A DNA stretch of 63,424 bases, the filler included, from Reticulomyxa filosa (lineage: Eukaryota > Protista > Foraminifera): NCBI GenBank assembly GCA_000512085.1. It is 17 parts of 17 records of this genome, joined end to end, with 100 filler letters (N's around TTAATTAATTAA, not from the genome) between each part and the next. Parts side by side here need not be neighbours in the genome. Positions count along the whole stretch, not along the records: positions 45,373 to 53,925 come from ASPP01007726.1; positions 54,026 to 56,974 come from ASPP01042064.1; positions 57,075 to 58,156 come from ASPP01045711.1; positions 58,257 to 60,484 come from ASPP01022017.1; positions 60,585 to 63,424 come from ASPP01027589.1; 12 more parts are not named here. One strand, written 5' to 3'. Made by a program: the position numbers and the translations under genes. Positions 52,448 through 63,424 of the stretch are shown here, in pieces. The number at the start of each line of letters is the position of its first letter. The stretch's first letter is position 1. Under the pieces are notes generated by a model that searched no databases, was not told the origin of the DNA, and was given only the letters and a program-made list of their open reading frames with translations.

Positions 52448-53925
52448 ATGTTGCAAAAATTAGATCCTCAATCTTCCTCTTCGGTCTCCCCAAGCCCTAT
52501 TCGAAAGAAACCATCTGCAAGAAATCTCTTAAAGTTATATCTTACGGCTTTAAACAAAAATGCCTTGAAGAAACACTATAATTTACGGAAAAGTTGTGAA
52601 GAGCACTTGCAGAGACTGACAACCTCAAAGGCATGTACCAATGGGACACCTCTTTTTGCCTTTTGAAATTTTTATTTTTGTATTAAAACAGCAATTTTCA
52701 AGGAAAAGTATTTGTAATGATTTTTTAATGGACTTTTTAAATGTTTTCATTAAAAAAAGGAAACAATGAAAAGCGCAGATAGCTATTTCACACCATTTCG
52801 ATTGGGCTGTGAAACATATCATCACACAGTAGTAGAAGTGTCTTTAGATGCAATTCAAAAACTAGTAGCTGGAGAATATCTTACCGGAAGCACAGTGTTG
52901 TCGACAGCAAATGGAAAGCCTAGGCGATTAATAGACAATATCGTTGAAACAGTTTGTGCGTGTTGTCAGATGACTTTGCCTTCCACCCAGCTTGCAGTTT
53001 GAAAACATGGCAAAAAAATTGCATGCGCATTGTGCATATACATATATGTATATATAATTTATATGAATATAAAAATATATAAAAATGTTGATATTTTATA
53101 ATTGATAAAGAAGACGTTAAAAACAAAAACAAAAAAAATGCATGCATACAAACATCGAATGAAAGATGATCAAGGCATTATTGACAATCAGTACCTCGGG
53201 CAGTTGTGAAGTGCATAACGATTCCCTGAAGTTGTTGATAGTCACATGCTACATCGTCTATTTGAATACCAAAAATTTTGACGTGCAAACATCAGGTATT
53301 GTCTTTTGGTTTGGCGATTTAATGGAATATAACCGCTATGTGCATACGTGTTATAATGTATGTACTTGTGTAGCCATAGCGACATTAACTCAAACATTGG
53401 CAGTGCTATTTGAGAGAATCGAAACAACGGCAAGCCAATTGAAAAAAGTGCAATCGAGTGAAAAGCTAATGAGCAACTCGTCGAAGACGAAACAAGTGCA
53501 CGATTTGCAATCAAAATCGAAATCGGAATCCGAGTCGAAATCGAGATTGCAAGGGAAGTCAAGGTCGTCATTGAGCGCGGCTTGGAAAGAGATGACATTG
53601 AAACGTGACAACGAAAACAAAGAAAAGAAAGAAATGGAAAGCGAAGAATCGTCACAAGGAGTGATAGAAATCAAAGGCCATTTTGCAAATGCAAATCACG
53701 GCCATGCGGAATCGATTTTGGGAACAGTTAAAGACATTCTCGACGAAATGATTGATAACATTACCAATCGATTTGAAAAAGGAAAGACCAATGAAAGTGA
53801 AAGTGAGCAGGAATTTAATGACAATGCAAAAGAAATGATGGAAATGGCATCTGCCAAGTCAATCCATGACGTCCATGCTGTCAATAATAACAATAATAAC
53901 AATAATAATAATAATAATAATAATA
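52448..53925 (+). CDS. Large Arf-GEF (BIG/GBF/Sec7 family), N-terminal DCB domain (3' truncated)
   Basis: LRKSCE, YFTPFRLGCET, SLDAIQKLVA, LIDNIVETVC, IKALLT, VHNDSL..TCYIVYL, QTS|AIATLTQ...FERIE. Confidence 0.85.
53883..53925 (+). repeat. (AAT/AAC)n poly-Asn microsatellite
   Basis: Direct reading; the contig breaks within it. Confidence 0.9.
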
Positions 53926-54299
53926 NNNNNNNNNNNNNNNNNNNNNNNNNNNNNNNNNNNNNNNNNNNNTTAATTAATTAANNNNNNNNNNNNNNNNNNN
54001 NNNNNNNNNNNNNNNNNNNNNNNNNAACGAGAGTTAAATTCATTCAATGTCTCATGGATAGATGATGGTGATATAATCCTTATGTTATAAATGCAAGGAA
54101 ATTTTTAAAAGACAAATTAAAAATAAGTGAATATTTGAGTAATGGGACAGATAAATGAATAATTTGTTCATTTCTCATTGACAAAAGTAGGAACATCATA
54201 TTTGTGCAATATTGTTATATTGTGGAAAATCCTGTAGCGCTGAATTCAGTTATGACCAAATGGATTTTAAGCATAACATGTGGACAGCTATTTGCAAAT

Positions 54300-54640
54300 A
54301 TTGATGAAATCAAAGCAAGATATTTCATCAGTCATGTAAGTACCACTGATGTTTTACAGACATCTCAAACTAATCAACGATGCATTATACATTTTCATCC
54401 TTCCATGGAATGATCACTTGAGCAAGTTGTTGATTCAAAGAATTTGGGTATAATCAGTTGAACCCCCATTTTACATCACAAGACCATTTGATTGATAAAA
54501 TGAAGTATAATTACAATCTGGCCATTTAAAATGTCAATTGGTCAACATTTGTATTCTGTTTCGGCAGATTTAACCATTCAATTGTGGGATATTAACACAT
54601 CCAGCACCTTGCAAACTTTCAAAGGACATTCTGGGCAAGA
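54300..54640 (+). pseudogene. Degraded WD40-repeat fragment
   Basis: SVSADLTIQLWDINTSSTLQTFKGHSG at ~54555-54635; surrounded by stops. Confidence 0.6.
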
Positions 54641-55958
54641 AATCTCCTTTCTCGTTTTGAAAGTAAAACCATGAAATAAATTGAAGTGAGAAAATCAACT
54701 TTTTATCCGACCTATTTTTGTACTTTAAAAAAAATGCATGTTAGAAGACGGCTACCTTCTCTAACTTAAAAAAAAATTAAATTTGCATGACTAAAATCGA
54801 TTGGTGTTTGAATATAGACTGTGAAATTTTTTTATCACTGTCTTAGTTTTTAAATGCGAAAAGATAACAACAGCTAATTCATAAGTGAATAACGTAAAAT
54901 GGAACATCAATCACATTCTACAATAATTTAAGAATAAAATTAATTTCAAAAAGTGAGATTTATTAAAATTCCAATGCCTGACGTCATTCAGCATGAAGTC
55001 GATGCTTTTGAATAGGTGTTTATTTTCAATCTCATTGATTAATGGTTGTATCAACTTAAAAATTTTCTAAATTAACAGTAAATAACGATAATGATTATTC
55101 GTTAAAAGAAATCCAAAAAAGTGGAGGCCAGAGCAGGACAAAATTAAACATAAAGGAATATGGAAGAGGAAAAACAATCAAATATTGATACGAATATAAA
55201 AAGAAGTGATAGAAGATAGATGGAGGCCACCAAGCGCCATAGATTATCAAGAAAATGAAAATTTCAGTCGTTTGGGCAAAGTAAAAGGGGGGAACGACCA
55301 ACAAAAACATCCGGAGCAACTATCTCAACTAAAAAAAAAGCAAAAAATCGCCACTGGACAACCAAAATCCATCTTCAAAATCATCGTATGAAATTTATTT
55401 TTCATTTTTCGATTCTTTTGACTTGAGATTTCTATTTAACTATTTTTTAAAAAAAGTGCTTCGTCTGTTTTGACCAGTCGATCCAAAGAAATGGCAACTG
55501 AGAAAGAAAAAGTAAAAAATGGTTAGTGAAAAAAAAAAGCAACAAGTTTTCGCAACTTAAGGAAAAACTTCACATTTTGGGAAAAAAAAACGATGACAGA
55601 AGAAAAGAACCGTAGCTAACTTGACCTCATAAAAGGATTTACAAATTGATGGTATTTTATGTGATCTCTTTGTAGAAACACTTTTCTTTTTGTCTTTTGC
55701 AAAAAAAAAAAAATTGACGTATTTTTGCATTTTTTAAACAATGTTTTTTAGACAATCAAAGCTGGTAACAAAAAGTGACCTTGTTTTTTTAACACTAATG
55801 AATTTTTTTATGGTCCCGTTCCCTTCCTCTTCCAATTTAATATTGTTAAAAATGAAAATATTATGTGTTTGTTGTGTACATATATGCATATACACATATA
55901 TACATATATAATGTGTATGAATATATCATTGCGCGAATAACGAAAATGTATTGAAAAG

Positions 55959-56505
55959 CGACAAGACGCTCTTCTTCGTCTCGTTCGCACAGCCGAAGCA
56001 CCAAAAGTAAAAGTAAAAGCAAGCGCGACAGAAGCAAATGCAGACATCGACACAAAAATAATGGCCGAGGCAGAGGCAAGAGTAAAAGTCGATCACGCTC
56101 GTATTACCACAGAAGACACAGCCGAAGGCGACTGCACAGTCCTTCTCCAAACTACTGGCTTATTTGTCCGTTCGAAAAGATAAAGATGAAGATAAGGACA
56201 AGGACAGGGAAAAAGAAACAAAGAAAAAGAATGAGAGCGAAAAATCCAAACAAACTGAAACGGAGCGCACAAAGGACAAGATCACCAAATCAAACCAATT
56301 CAAAGAAAAATTAAAGTTGTGTCTCAAAGATGTGAGAAAAGAAGAAGCACTTTGGAAAATAACTGGCGTGGAAATGTGGGGCCAATTGTTTGCACATGAA
56401 AGTTCTTTCATTGAAAAATACGACTTGGAGGCATATTTAAAAGAATCCATGCCACCATTTCACAACCATGTCCCTAAGTTTGTCAAAGATGAAACTACGC
56501 CGTGA
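55959..56505 (+). CDS. RS/charged low-complexity protein, terminal exon
   Basis: RRSSSSRSHSRSTKSKSKSKRDRS..RSRS then, after a one-base deficit at ~56149, KDKDEDKDK and a globular tail ending at TGA 56505. Confidence 0.5.
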
Positions 56506-58405
56506 ATTTGCTGTTCCCACTCTCCCTCTTTTTTATTTTCTTTCCACCAAATTTTAATTTGAGAGAAATGAAATTTGCTGTATTCACAAGAGAAGGAACC
56601 TTGGGTGCAACAACATTTAACAAAATCAATAATTTTTTTTGTTGTTGAGAAATTCGTCCATTTCTTTACAATATTTGAAAAGCATTATGTTTTCGATGCT
56701 GTTTCATCAATTGCTTGCTTAGAAAACTTTTTCTTTACTTGTCCCTGTTAGAGAAGGCTTTTTTAATGGAAAAAAAAAGTCAGAACAAGACGAGACAGAA
56801 AAAAAAAGGGAATGAAAAGGAAACGGGGATGAATATGAACATACATTTGTTTGTGGCAATTCTTCATTTAATAAGCTTCAATATCCATTTATTCTCGAGA
56901 AGGTATTTAATGTGAAGACATGAATGATAGGAGAAGAACAAAAAAAGAATGGTAGAGCGTTGGTTTGTCTTTGGNNNNNNNNNNNNNNNNNNNNNNNNNN
57001 NNNNNNNNNNNNNNNNNNTTAATTAATTAANNNNNNNNNNNNNNNNNNNNNNNNNNNNNNNNNNNNNNNNNNNNTTGTTATTATTGCAATTATTGACACA
57101 AACGTCAACAGTGAGTTTGAGTGAAATAGCATGTGGACTTTTCTTGAAGCTGTAATGTGGTATTGATAGTAGTTGATACTTGACGAAGATGATTACTGCA
57201 TAAATTAGTTCTTAGATAGTGTCCATTGATTGCTTGACTTGTTGTTCGTACTGCAGCACTGTTTTTCTTCTCTTGACACGTTTGCAATTCTCTTTGCACT
57301 GTAACTCATTCTCTATATCAATTGCGCTCGTACTCTCTTTGTGGACCGCTTTAGCACGCAATCAATCGATGAAGTGTTCATCATTTATTTACGTCATTAA
57401 TTTGACTTTCATAATATCTTTCATTATATTCTTTACTTACATGGTTTGATTTATCATGTTTTCTCTTTTCTTTTCTGATTAGCAAACGCCACTGAAACTC
57501 ATTTTTTGTTGGTGAAACTTGATACATTACAAAAACCAACATAAAAAAAATTGAATCACATCCCCCCCATCAAACACTTTTGGAAATTTTTTTTTTTTAC
57601 AAAAAGTGGTTTTTTTATAAAAATCGGTTCAAAAATGACCCACAAATTACAAAAAATGACCCAGTTCTGAAAAACGTCTCGTACAAGTCATTTTTCATTT
57701 TAGAAAAAAAAAATAGTTGATATGTCATTTGACCGATACCGCTTTAACTAATTACTGTTTTTTTTTTAATTATTATCCAAAAATATGCAAAATAAAAAAG
57801 TGAAATCAAAAAACATCATAGTCCAACAGCAAAAAGCACACAAAATTGGACAAAATGTTATTTATTGAAAACAACATTAACAAAAATTTAAATTTCTATT
57901 TTGAAAAAAAAAATACGTACAAATCATAATTATTCAAAAACAATTTACACGTACGTATTGACATAATCAGTAAACCAAAGTTTTAGCTTCAAATTTGCGT
58001 TTTTAAAAAACCGGAACAATTTAATAGAAGCCATTGTTGAAACGTGATATAGGACAAACAATATATTGTTGATTCTTGAAATTTCAACAAATAAAAAATT
58101 CGCGGATGAAGCTAAGATTTCATAAATAGCATACATATCCACACGCTTTCAGTTTANNNNNNNNNNNNNNNNNNNNNNNNNNNNNNNNNNNNNNNNNNNN
58201 TTAATTAATTAANNNNNNNNNNNNNNNNNNNNNNNNNNNNNNNNNNNNNNNNNNNNATGTTCAAATTTAAACTTTTGAAACATTGAATGAAAAATACTTT
58301 AAAAAGACTAAAGAAAATTCACGCTTTAGAAGGACATGAACTGAGAACCTCACATAAAATTAGGTTTCAAGGTTGATCGAACCTTCATAGGAAAAAAAAA
58401 GGGTC

Positions 58406-59029
58406 TTATGATTTTTCTCCTTGAATGCGACGAGCCAAGTAAATGTCTTTAGGCATAATGGTGACTCGCTTGGCATGAATGGCACACAGGTTTGTGTCCT
58501 CAAATAACGACACAAGATATGCTTCTGTTGCCTCTTGCAATGCCGTTATTGCTGACGATTGAAATCGCAAATCTTGTTTATACTCTTGGGCAATATCACG
58601 AACAAATCGTTGAAAAGGCAATTTCCTAAAAAAAAAAAAAAAAAATACTTTAAAAAATTTTTTTTTGAAAAAAACAAAAACTGTAAAAAAAAAAAAAAGT
58701 CAAAAAAATTTGCGGTAATGCGCAAAGTTATACCTAATCAACAATTCTGTTGATTTTTGGTACTTTCGAATTTCTCTTAGGGCAACTGTTCCTGGTCGAT
58801 AGCGGTGTGGTTTTTTGATACCTCCAGCTGTTGGAGCCGATTTACGTACAGTCTTGAGTGTTTTTGTTGTTGTTTTTTTTTTTGGTGATGTGTTGATGAG
58901 ATGCTTGTGTGAAGGGGGCAAGGTTTTGTTACATTTCCAAAAAAAAATCGTTGTTACCTTTGCTGCTAAGTACTTTCTAGGAGATTTGCCCCCAGCCGAT
59001 TTTCTTGCCGTTTGTTTTGTTCGGGCCAT
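58406..59029 (-). CDS. H3: Histone H3 variant (two introns)
   Basis: Exons 59029-58958, 58852-58734, 58625-58406: [24 protein letters not shown]|[24 protein letters not shown]|[14 protein letters not shown]. Confidence 0.97.
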
Positions 59030-60048
59030 ATGTCTACAATGAAATTTTAATCCAAATTTTTTTTATTTGAAGAGAAACACTTATGCAAAACAGTCAAACA
59101 CTGCAAAAAAGATAGAGTTTTTTAGTTGAACTTTGTTTGAAAGGGTTTTTTATCCTCTAGTCTTTTTTTGGAATATGCAACAATTTTAGAAGCGTTTGTT
59201 GTTGCCATTTTTTAAAACTTTGAAATTTGTTTGAATAATTGAGAGTTGATCAAAAAATAAAAAGTTGATGAAGGAAAAGTCAATAAGTTGTACAATAAAA
59301 ATTGATAAAAGGATTAATATTTTGCGAAAAAACGGCAAAACAATAAACAATACCAAAAAAATGTTACAAACGACGGATTTGAACGTTGGCAGAGAGTAAC
59401 AAAAAGAAGCTGCGTGCAGTTTAAATAACCAAGAGAGGAAGGTTAAAAGAGTGAATATATCATATACATGTTAAAACAATGGTGGATAAAATTGTTGAAT
59501 TTTCGAAATCATGCTACGAAATATTTGAACAATAGGAACTGCAAAGTCGTGACACAACATATTATAAAATACTGTTAATATACACAATCAGAATTTCATC
59601 AAACTATTCTCCTCTGAGTTAGTTTTATATTTAAATTGTTAGATATTTTTACTTGATTTTGCTTCTTTCACAGGTTATCCACACTTTGTCTGTGTTGTAT
59701 GAACTCGAGACAAGTAGCCGTTACCACAAATGTCCGATTTGTTTTTTTTCACAACACCGTTCTTCTTTTATAAGTGTTGAACCTGTCACGCTGTGTTTCT
59801 AAAATTTCTAATGTTTTTGTCATTTTTCAAAATAGAGAATGGGGATTTATTTTGACAAAATATTTAATAAACTAAATTTAAAACTATTTTTTCTTAAATC
59901 ATCAAAGTTTTTCCATGATGAAACCACTTTTCACTGAGAAAAATTCAAAATCAAATTTATTTCCGGAATTTTTTTCGAGCAATCTCTAGAGTGTTCCGGG
60001 AATGGTACGGGTGGCGTCCAAAAAAAAATTATTAGAAGTGTGACATAG

Positions 60049-60368
60049 ATGAATTGTGGCCAAGCCATTGTTTCAACGAACAAAGAGAATATGGAAAATG
60101 AAGAGGTAAGAATCCAACAGAAAACTCGTATAGTCAGAGGCAAGAGAGGTCTTCACCAGCCTCCTGCGGACATGGAGGACCGTAACCGACTACGATTATC
60201 ACTAGACTGCGAAGACATGAAGAAGATGAGCCTGCAAGAGATTAAGCAAAACGGTCAATCAGTTATTCGGAAAAGGAAGTTTGGAGAAATGAGTACCGGT
60301 TCGTCGAAGATGGCGCAATTGTTACGAGAGTGTCCAGTATTGCGCATTCCAAACCATTCCTTATTTTA
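60049..60368 (+). CDS. Hypothetical protein, first exon
   Basis: ATG-initiated, more GC-rich open frame with KEN and RKRK motifs. Probable donor ~60369; the contig ends in the intron. Confidence 0.45.
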
Positions 60369-60749
60369 TGTACGTGTCAACGAACCCAATGTATCCAAGC
60401 ATTTGAATAATCACAAAACGCAATCAACTTTTTTCATTCCATCAAGTTATTTTTTTTTTTTTTTTAACCAATCAAATTTTTTAANNNNNNNNNNNNNNNN
60501 NNNNNNNNNNNNNNNNNNNNNNNNNNNNTTAATTAATTAANNNNNNNNNNNNNNNNNNNNNNNNNNNNNNNNNNNNNNNNNNNNTCATTGGATGAGAAAA
60601 GTATTAGCGCATACATTTTCTGGAAATTTCCGGCAAAAAGAAAATCAAGATTGTAAACAAAGAATTGTAAGGCAGCCAAGATGTAACATTTATCGTAAGA
60701 CATTTGCTGCTGACTAATCCTGAAGTGAATAGATATATCAAACTTCGAG

Positions 60750-63424
60750 GTATCAACTCGAAAGCGAGACATTGGAAGATTATGGTATCAAATACAAGAA
60801 GTTAAACGATTACATAAGATGCCAATTGTTAGAGTGCTGCTATATATGGCTGAAGACGTTGTTAAGATATTGATTGAAAGACAACGATATTCAGATTGGA
60901 TATTCAATGGTAAAAGTAGAGCAATCGACAAAGTCAAATCAAGACCAAAATCTGTGAATGCACAAAGAAGCACAAAGTATATAAGTATTGCGGACTATGA
61001 TAAGTCATTGGTATTCCAGAATAACATCAACGGATTTTATTCCAAGGCCCAAACATAAAACAAAACTGCATCAGAAGTGGTCAAATGTGTTTATTGCAAG
61101 AAGGACTCAGGTCAAAGAAGAAGGATTATAATTTCCAGTATGTCGAAGAGTTTACACTTATCATCACAATTATTCAATAATATGACTGACTCAATGTATT
61201 TGGTTATGAATCGTGTTGGGTGGAAACATCATGTCATGGTTAAAAGAAACTGTTATTGTTCTGCAGTCTATAGTGTAATCATTTCAATATTCAAGCATTT
61301 GAGCAAGAATTACAATCTGCTATGAAAATCACTAAATATATTGTCATTGCAATCCATCAGCCCAATGATGGCGCAAATGGGGACTGGAAATCGATCGATG
61401 AATGAAATCAACGTAGACAATACTGACATGACATTTAATCTATGATCAGCGGTCTATTAATATTACAGAATAATATCAACAGATTTTATTCCAATGCTCA
61501 AATATTAGAACAAAATTTGCATCAGAAGCAGCCCCATATCTATCTACCGCAAGAAAGATTCAGGTCAAAGAAGAATGATATAGACTATAATTTCCAGTAT
61601 ATATATATTCATCACTGAAGTGAAACAGGTATAGCTGGAGTATTATGTCGAAGAGATTTACATTCCATTTCACGATCATTCACTAATATCCTGATACATT
61701 CAATATATTTGGTTATGAATTGTGTTGGAACAATTTAGATTGAGATTGAAAAGAAACATCGACAATTGGATGCAATCTATTGTTCATATTGTGCTTGGCA
61801 GATCTCTTATAAAGCTTCAAATTCTTGGCATCCTTTGCTTACGAAAGCAATTCTTTGATTTCTGAACTATCTTTCGTGATCAACTTAACTATCACTCCAC
61901 CATGGTTTGTTGACTTTCCATATCGTCATGATACCAATTGTTGCCTCTCCAGCAGCATTGATGAATAAAGAAACTAATTCAATCACAAGATCAGATGCTG
62001 AAAAAGTGCTTCTATTGGCAAAACATTTGCAGAGCCACCTCAGCCTCCAAAAGATGTTGATGAAAAGCACTATGAAATGGTGGAAAATGAATTAAGTTTA
62101 AAGTGGTTATATCGAGGTCATTGGAATTGGATGATCAGTTGATATCTATCGAAGTGACATTACGAAAGAAGTTATTGAGGCATTGGACATTTGTCTCCGT
62201 ACAAAGTTCAAGATCCTGATAACATCCACAACCAAATGCTTAAGAATGGCAATGTAATAATTGATTTTGAGTTGTTATTGAGATTGACTGAGACAATCCA
62301 CAAGTCATTAGATTGCAATTCAGTCACTTATGCAGTGTTGTTGGACATCTATGCAGCATATGACAGTGTTTGGAGAAATGGATTGATAGCTTTTTATCAG
62401 ATCGACTTGGAATGGTTGTATTAAATGGAGTTCATTCAGAATGGATGGAGTCCCTCAAGGATCTGCTTTATCCCCAATATTGTTCCTATTGTACATTAAT
62501 GATTTGCCAACAATCGTCCAACAATCTATTCAATGTGGTATGTTTGCAGATGACGTGGCATTGTGAACATCAATATTCATAAATGACGTTAATGGATGAG
62601 CAACCAACTAGTGTTGTTACAACAAAGTCTGGATAAAGTATTCGGAAGATGTTATTTGCAGCTGATAAGACGCAATGCATTACATTCAGATACCATTCCT
62701 CCAATACCAGGATTTGTATATGTGCTCCCATTACAAAATATCACAATGCAATCATTGTTCAATGATACCAGAATCTCATCTGATGTAGGTTCATTGAATA
62801 TTGCAAATGGTGATTTATTGGATTTGTGGCATCATTGCGACTTGCATTGGTGGAACATTTGGGATTGCATGAGAATTTGGTTCAACTGTTGGCACTTCAG
62901 CCTCAGTTGCATGGATTAACCACAAATCTTGTATGCCAACACAAGATTATGATCATTGAATCGACCTGACCATCTGATACACTTGTGATATAACTTCACT
63001 TCTTCTTGCCTTCGTCGCCTGGTATATAATATTAACTGTCAAGGAGCAATCCAAGATACTCACGTGATGACACTACTTCAAATTGGAATGCTGCAATGCC
63101 AATTTCATCTTTGGTTGCAGGACTTGTCATTTAGGACCCAAGTATGGCAAAATGGTTGGAATTGGAATATCCAATCGCTGGTATTACGACCAATATTGGA
63201 TCAGAGATCGATGCAATGAGACTTGCATTGGAATATATTGGTAATCATTACAGATTCCATCACGGAAGAATGCTTATTCTGACATCTATAAAGTGCCAAT
63301 TATGGATTGTCAAAAGATCTTAAGATCATTTAATGAGGACAGTGTTCCAGAGATTTATTGGATTAAAGGTCATTCTGGAATTCCTGATAATGATAAAGTG
63401 GACCTTGTTGCAAACAACCAGATT
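60750..63424 (+). mobile_element. Decayed non-LTR retrotransposon (APE endonuclease, RT, RNase H)
   Basis: APE start LQNNINGF..QE (two copies), KPWW, DPDNIHNQMLK, AVLLDIYAAYDSV, GVPQGSALSPILFLLYIND, MFADD (62543-62554), RNase H SEIDAM..AL and WIKGHSGIPDNDKVD. Many stops and deletions. Confidence 0.92.

Noticed and set aside
45272-63424. The RT at 62190-62570 as the missing RT of the kinesin element
   Set aside because: Different contig and an APE/RNase H-type LINE, not an RLE/CRE type.

Overview
This is not a prokaryotic locus and not one locus. It is 17 short contigs of an AT-rich, intron-rich eukaryote, joined by 16 identical artificial linkers (N44-TTAATTAATTAA-N44). The Cys-rich HEAT/ankyrin protein, TRAF-like, caspase-like and WD40 relics, divergent G-alpha and many pseudogenes suggest a rhizarian, most likely the foraminiferan Reticulomyxa filosa (inference). 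Recognisable genes: glutaminyl-tRNA synthetase, a capping-enzyme homologue with both catalytic motifs destroyed, a GT11-like fucosyltransferase, a CHAT protease-STAND NTPase, PHYHD1, Neverland/DAF-36 Rieske sterol desaturase, G-alpha, an MfnB-like TIM barrel, a HEAT+ankyrin protein, an ABCA transporter, a CAP-Gly/VPS9 fusion, an M14 carboxypeptidase, a 2OG-Fe(II) oxygenase, a BIG/GBF Arf-GEF N-terminus and a histone H3 variant. There is also a decayed APE-RT-RNase H LINE and a MITE-like inverted repeat. The most striking signal is an intronless reading frame in which a kinesin motor domain runs into the zinc-finger/pre-RT motifs typical of CRE-clade non-LTR retrotransposons (43157-45272). Also notable: introns with almost no donor consensus, purine-rich acceptors and internal hairpins, and recurrent one-base deficits in homopolymers (probably sequencing error). 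Family calls come from remembered motifs; no searches were run.
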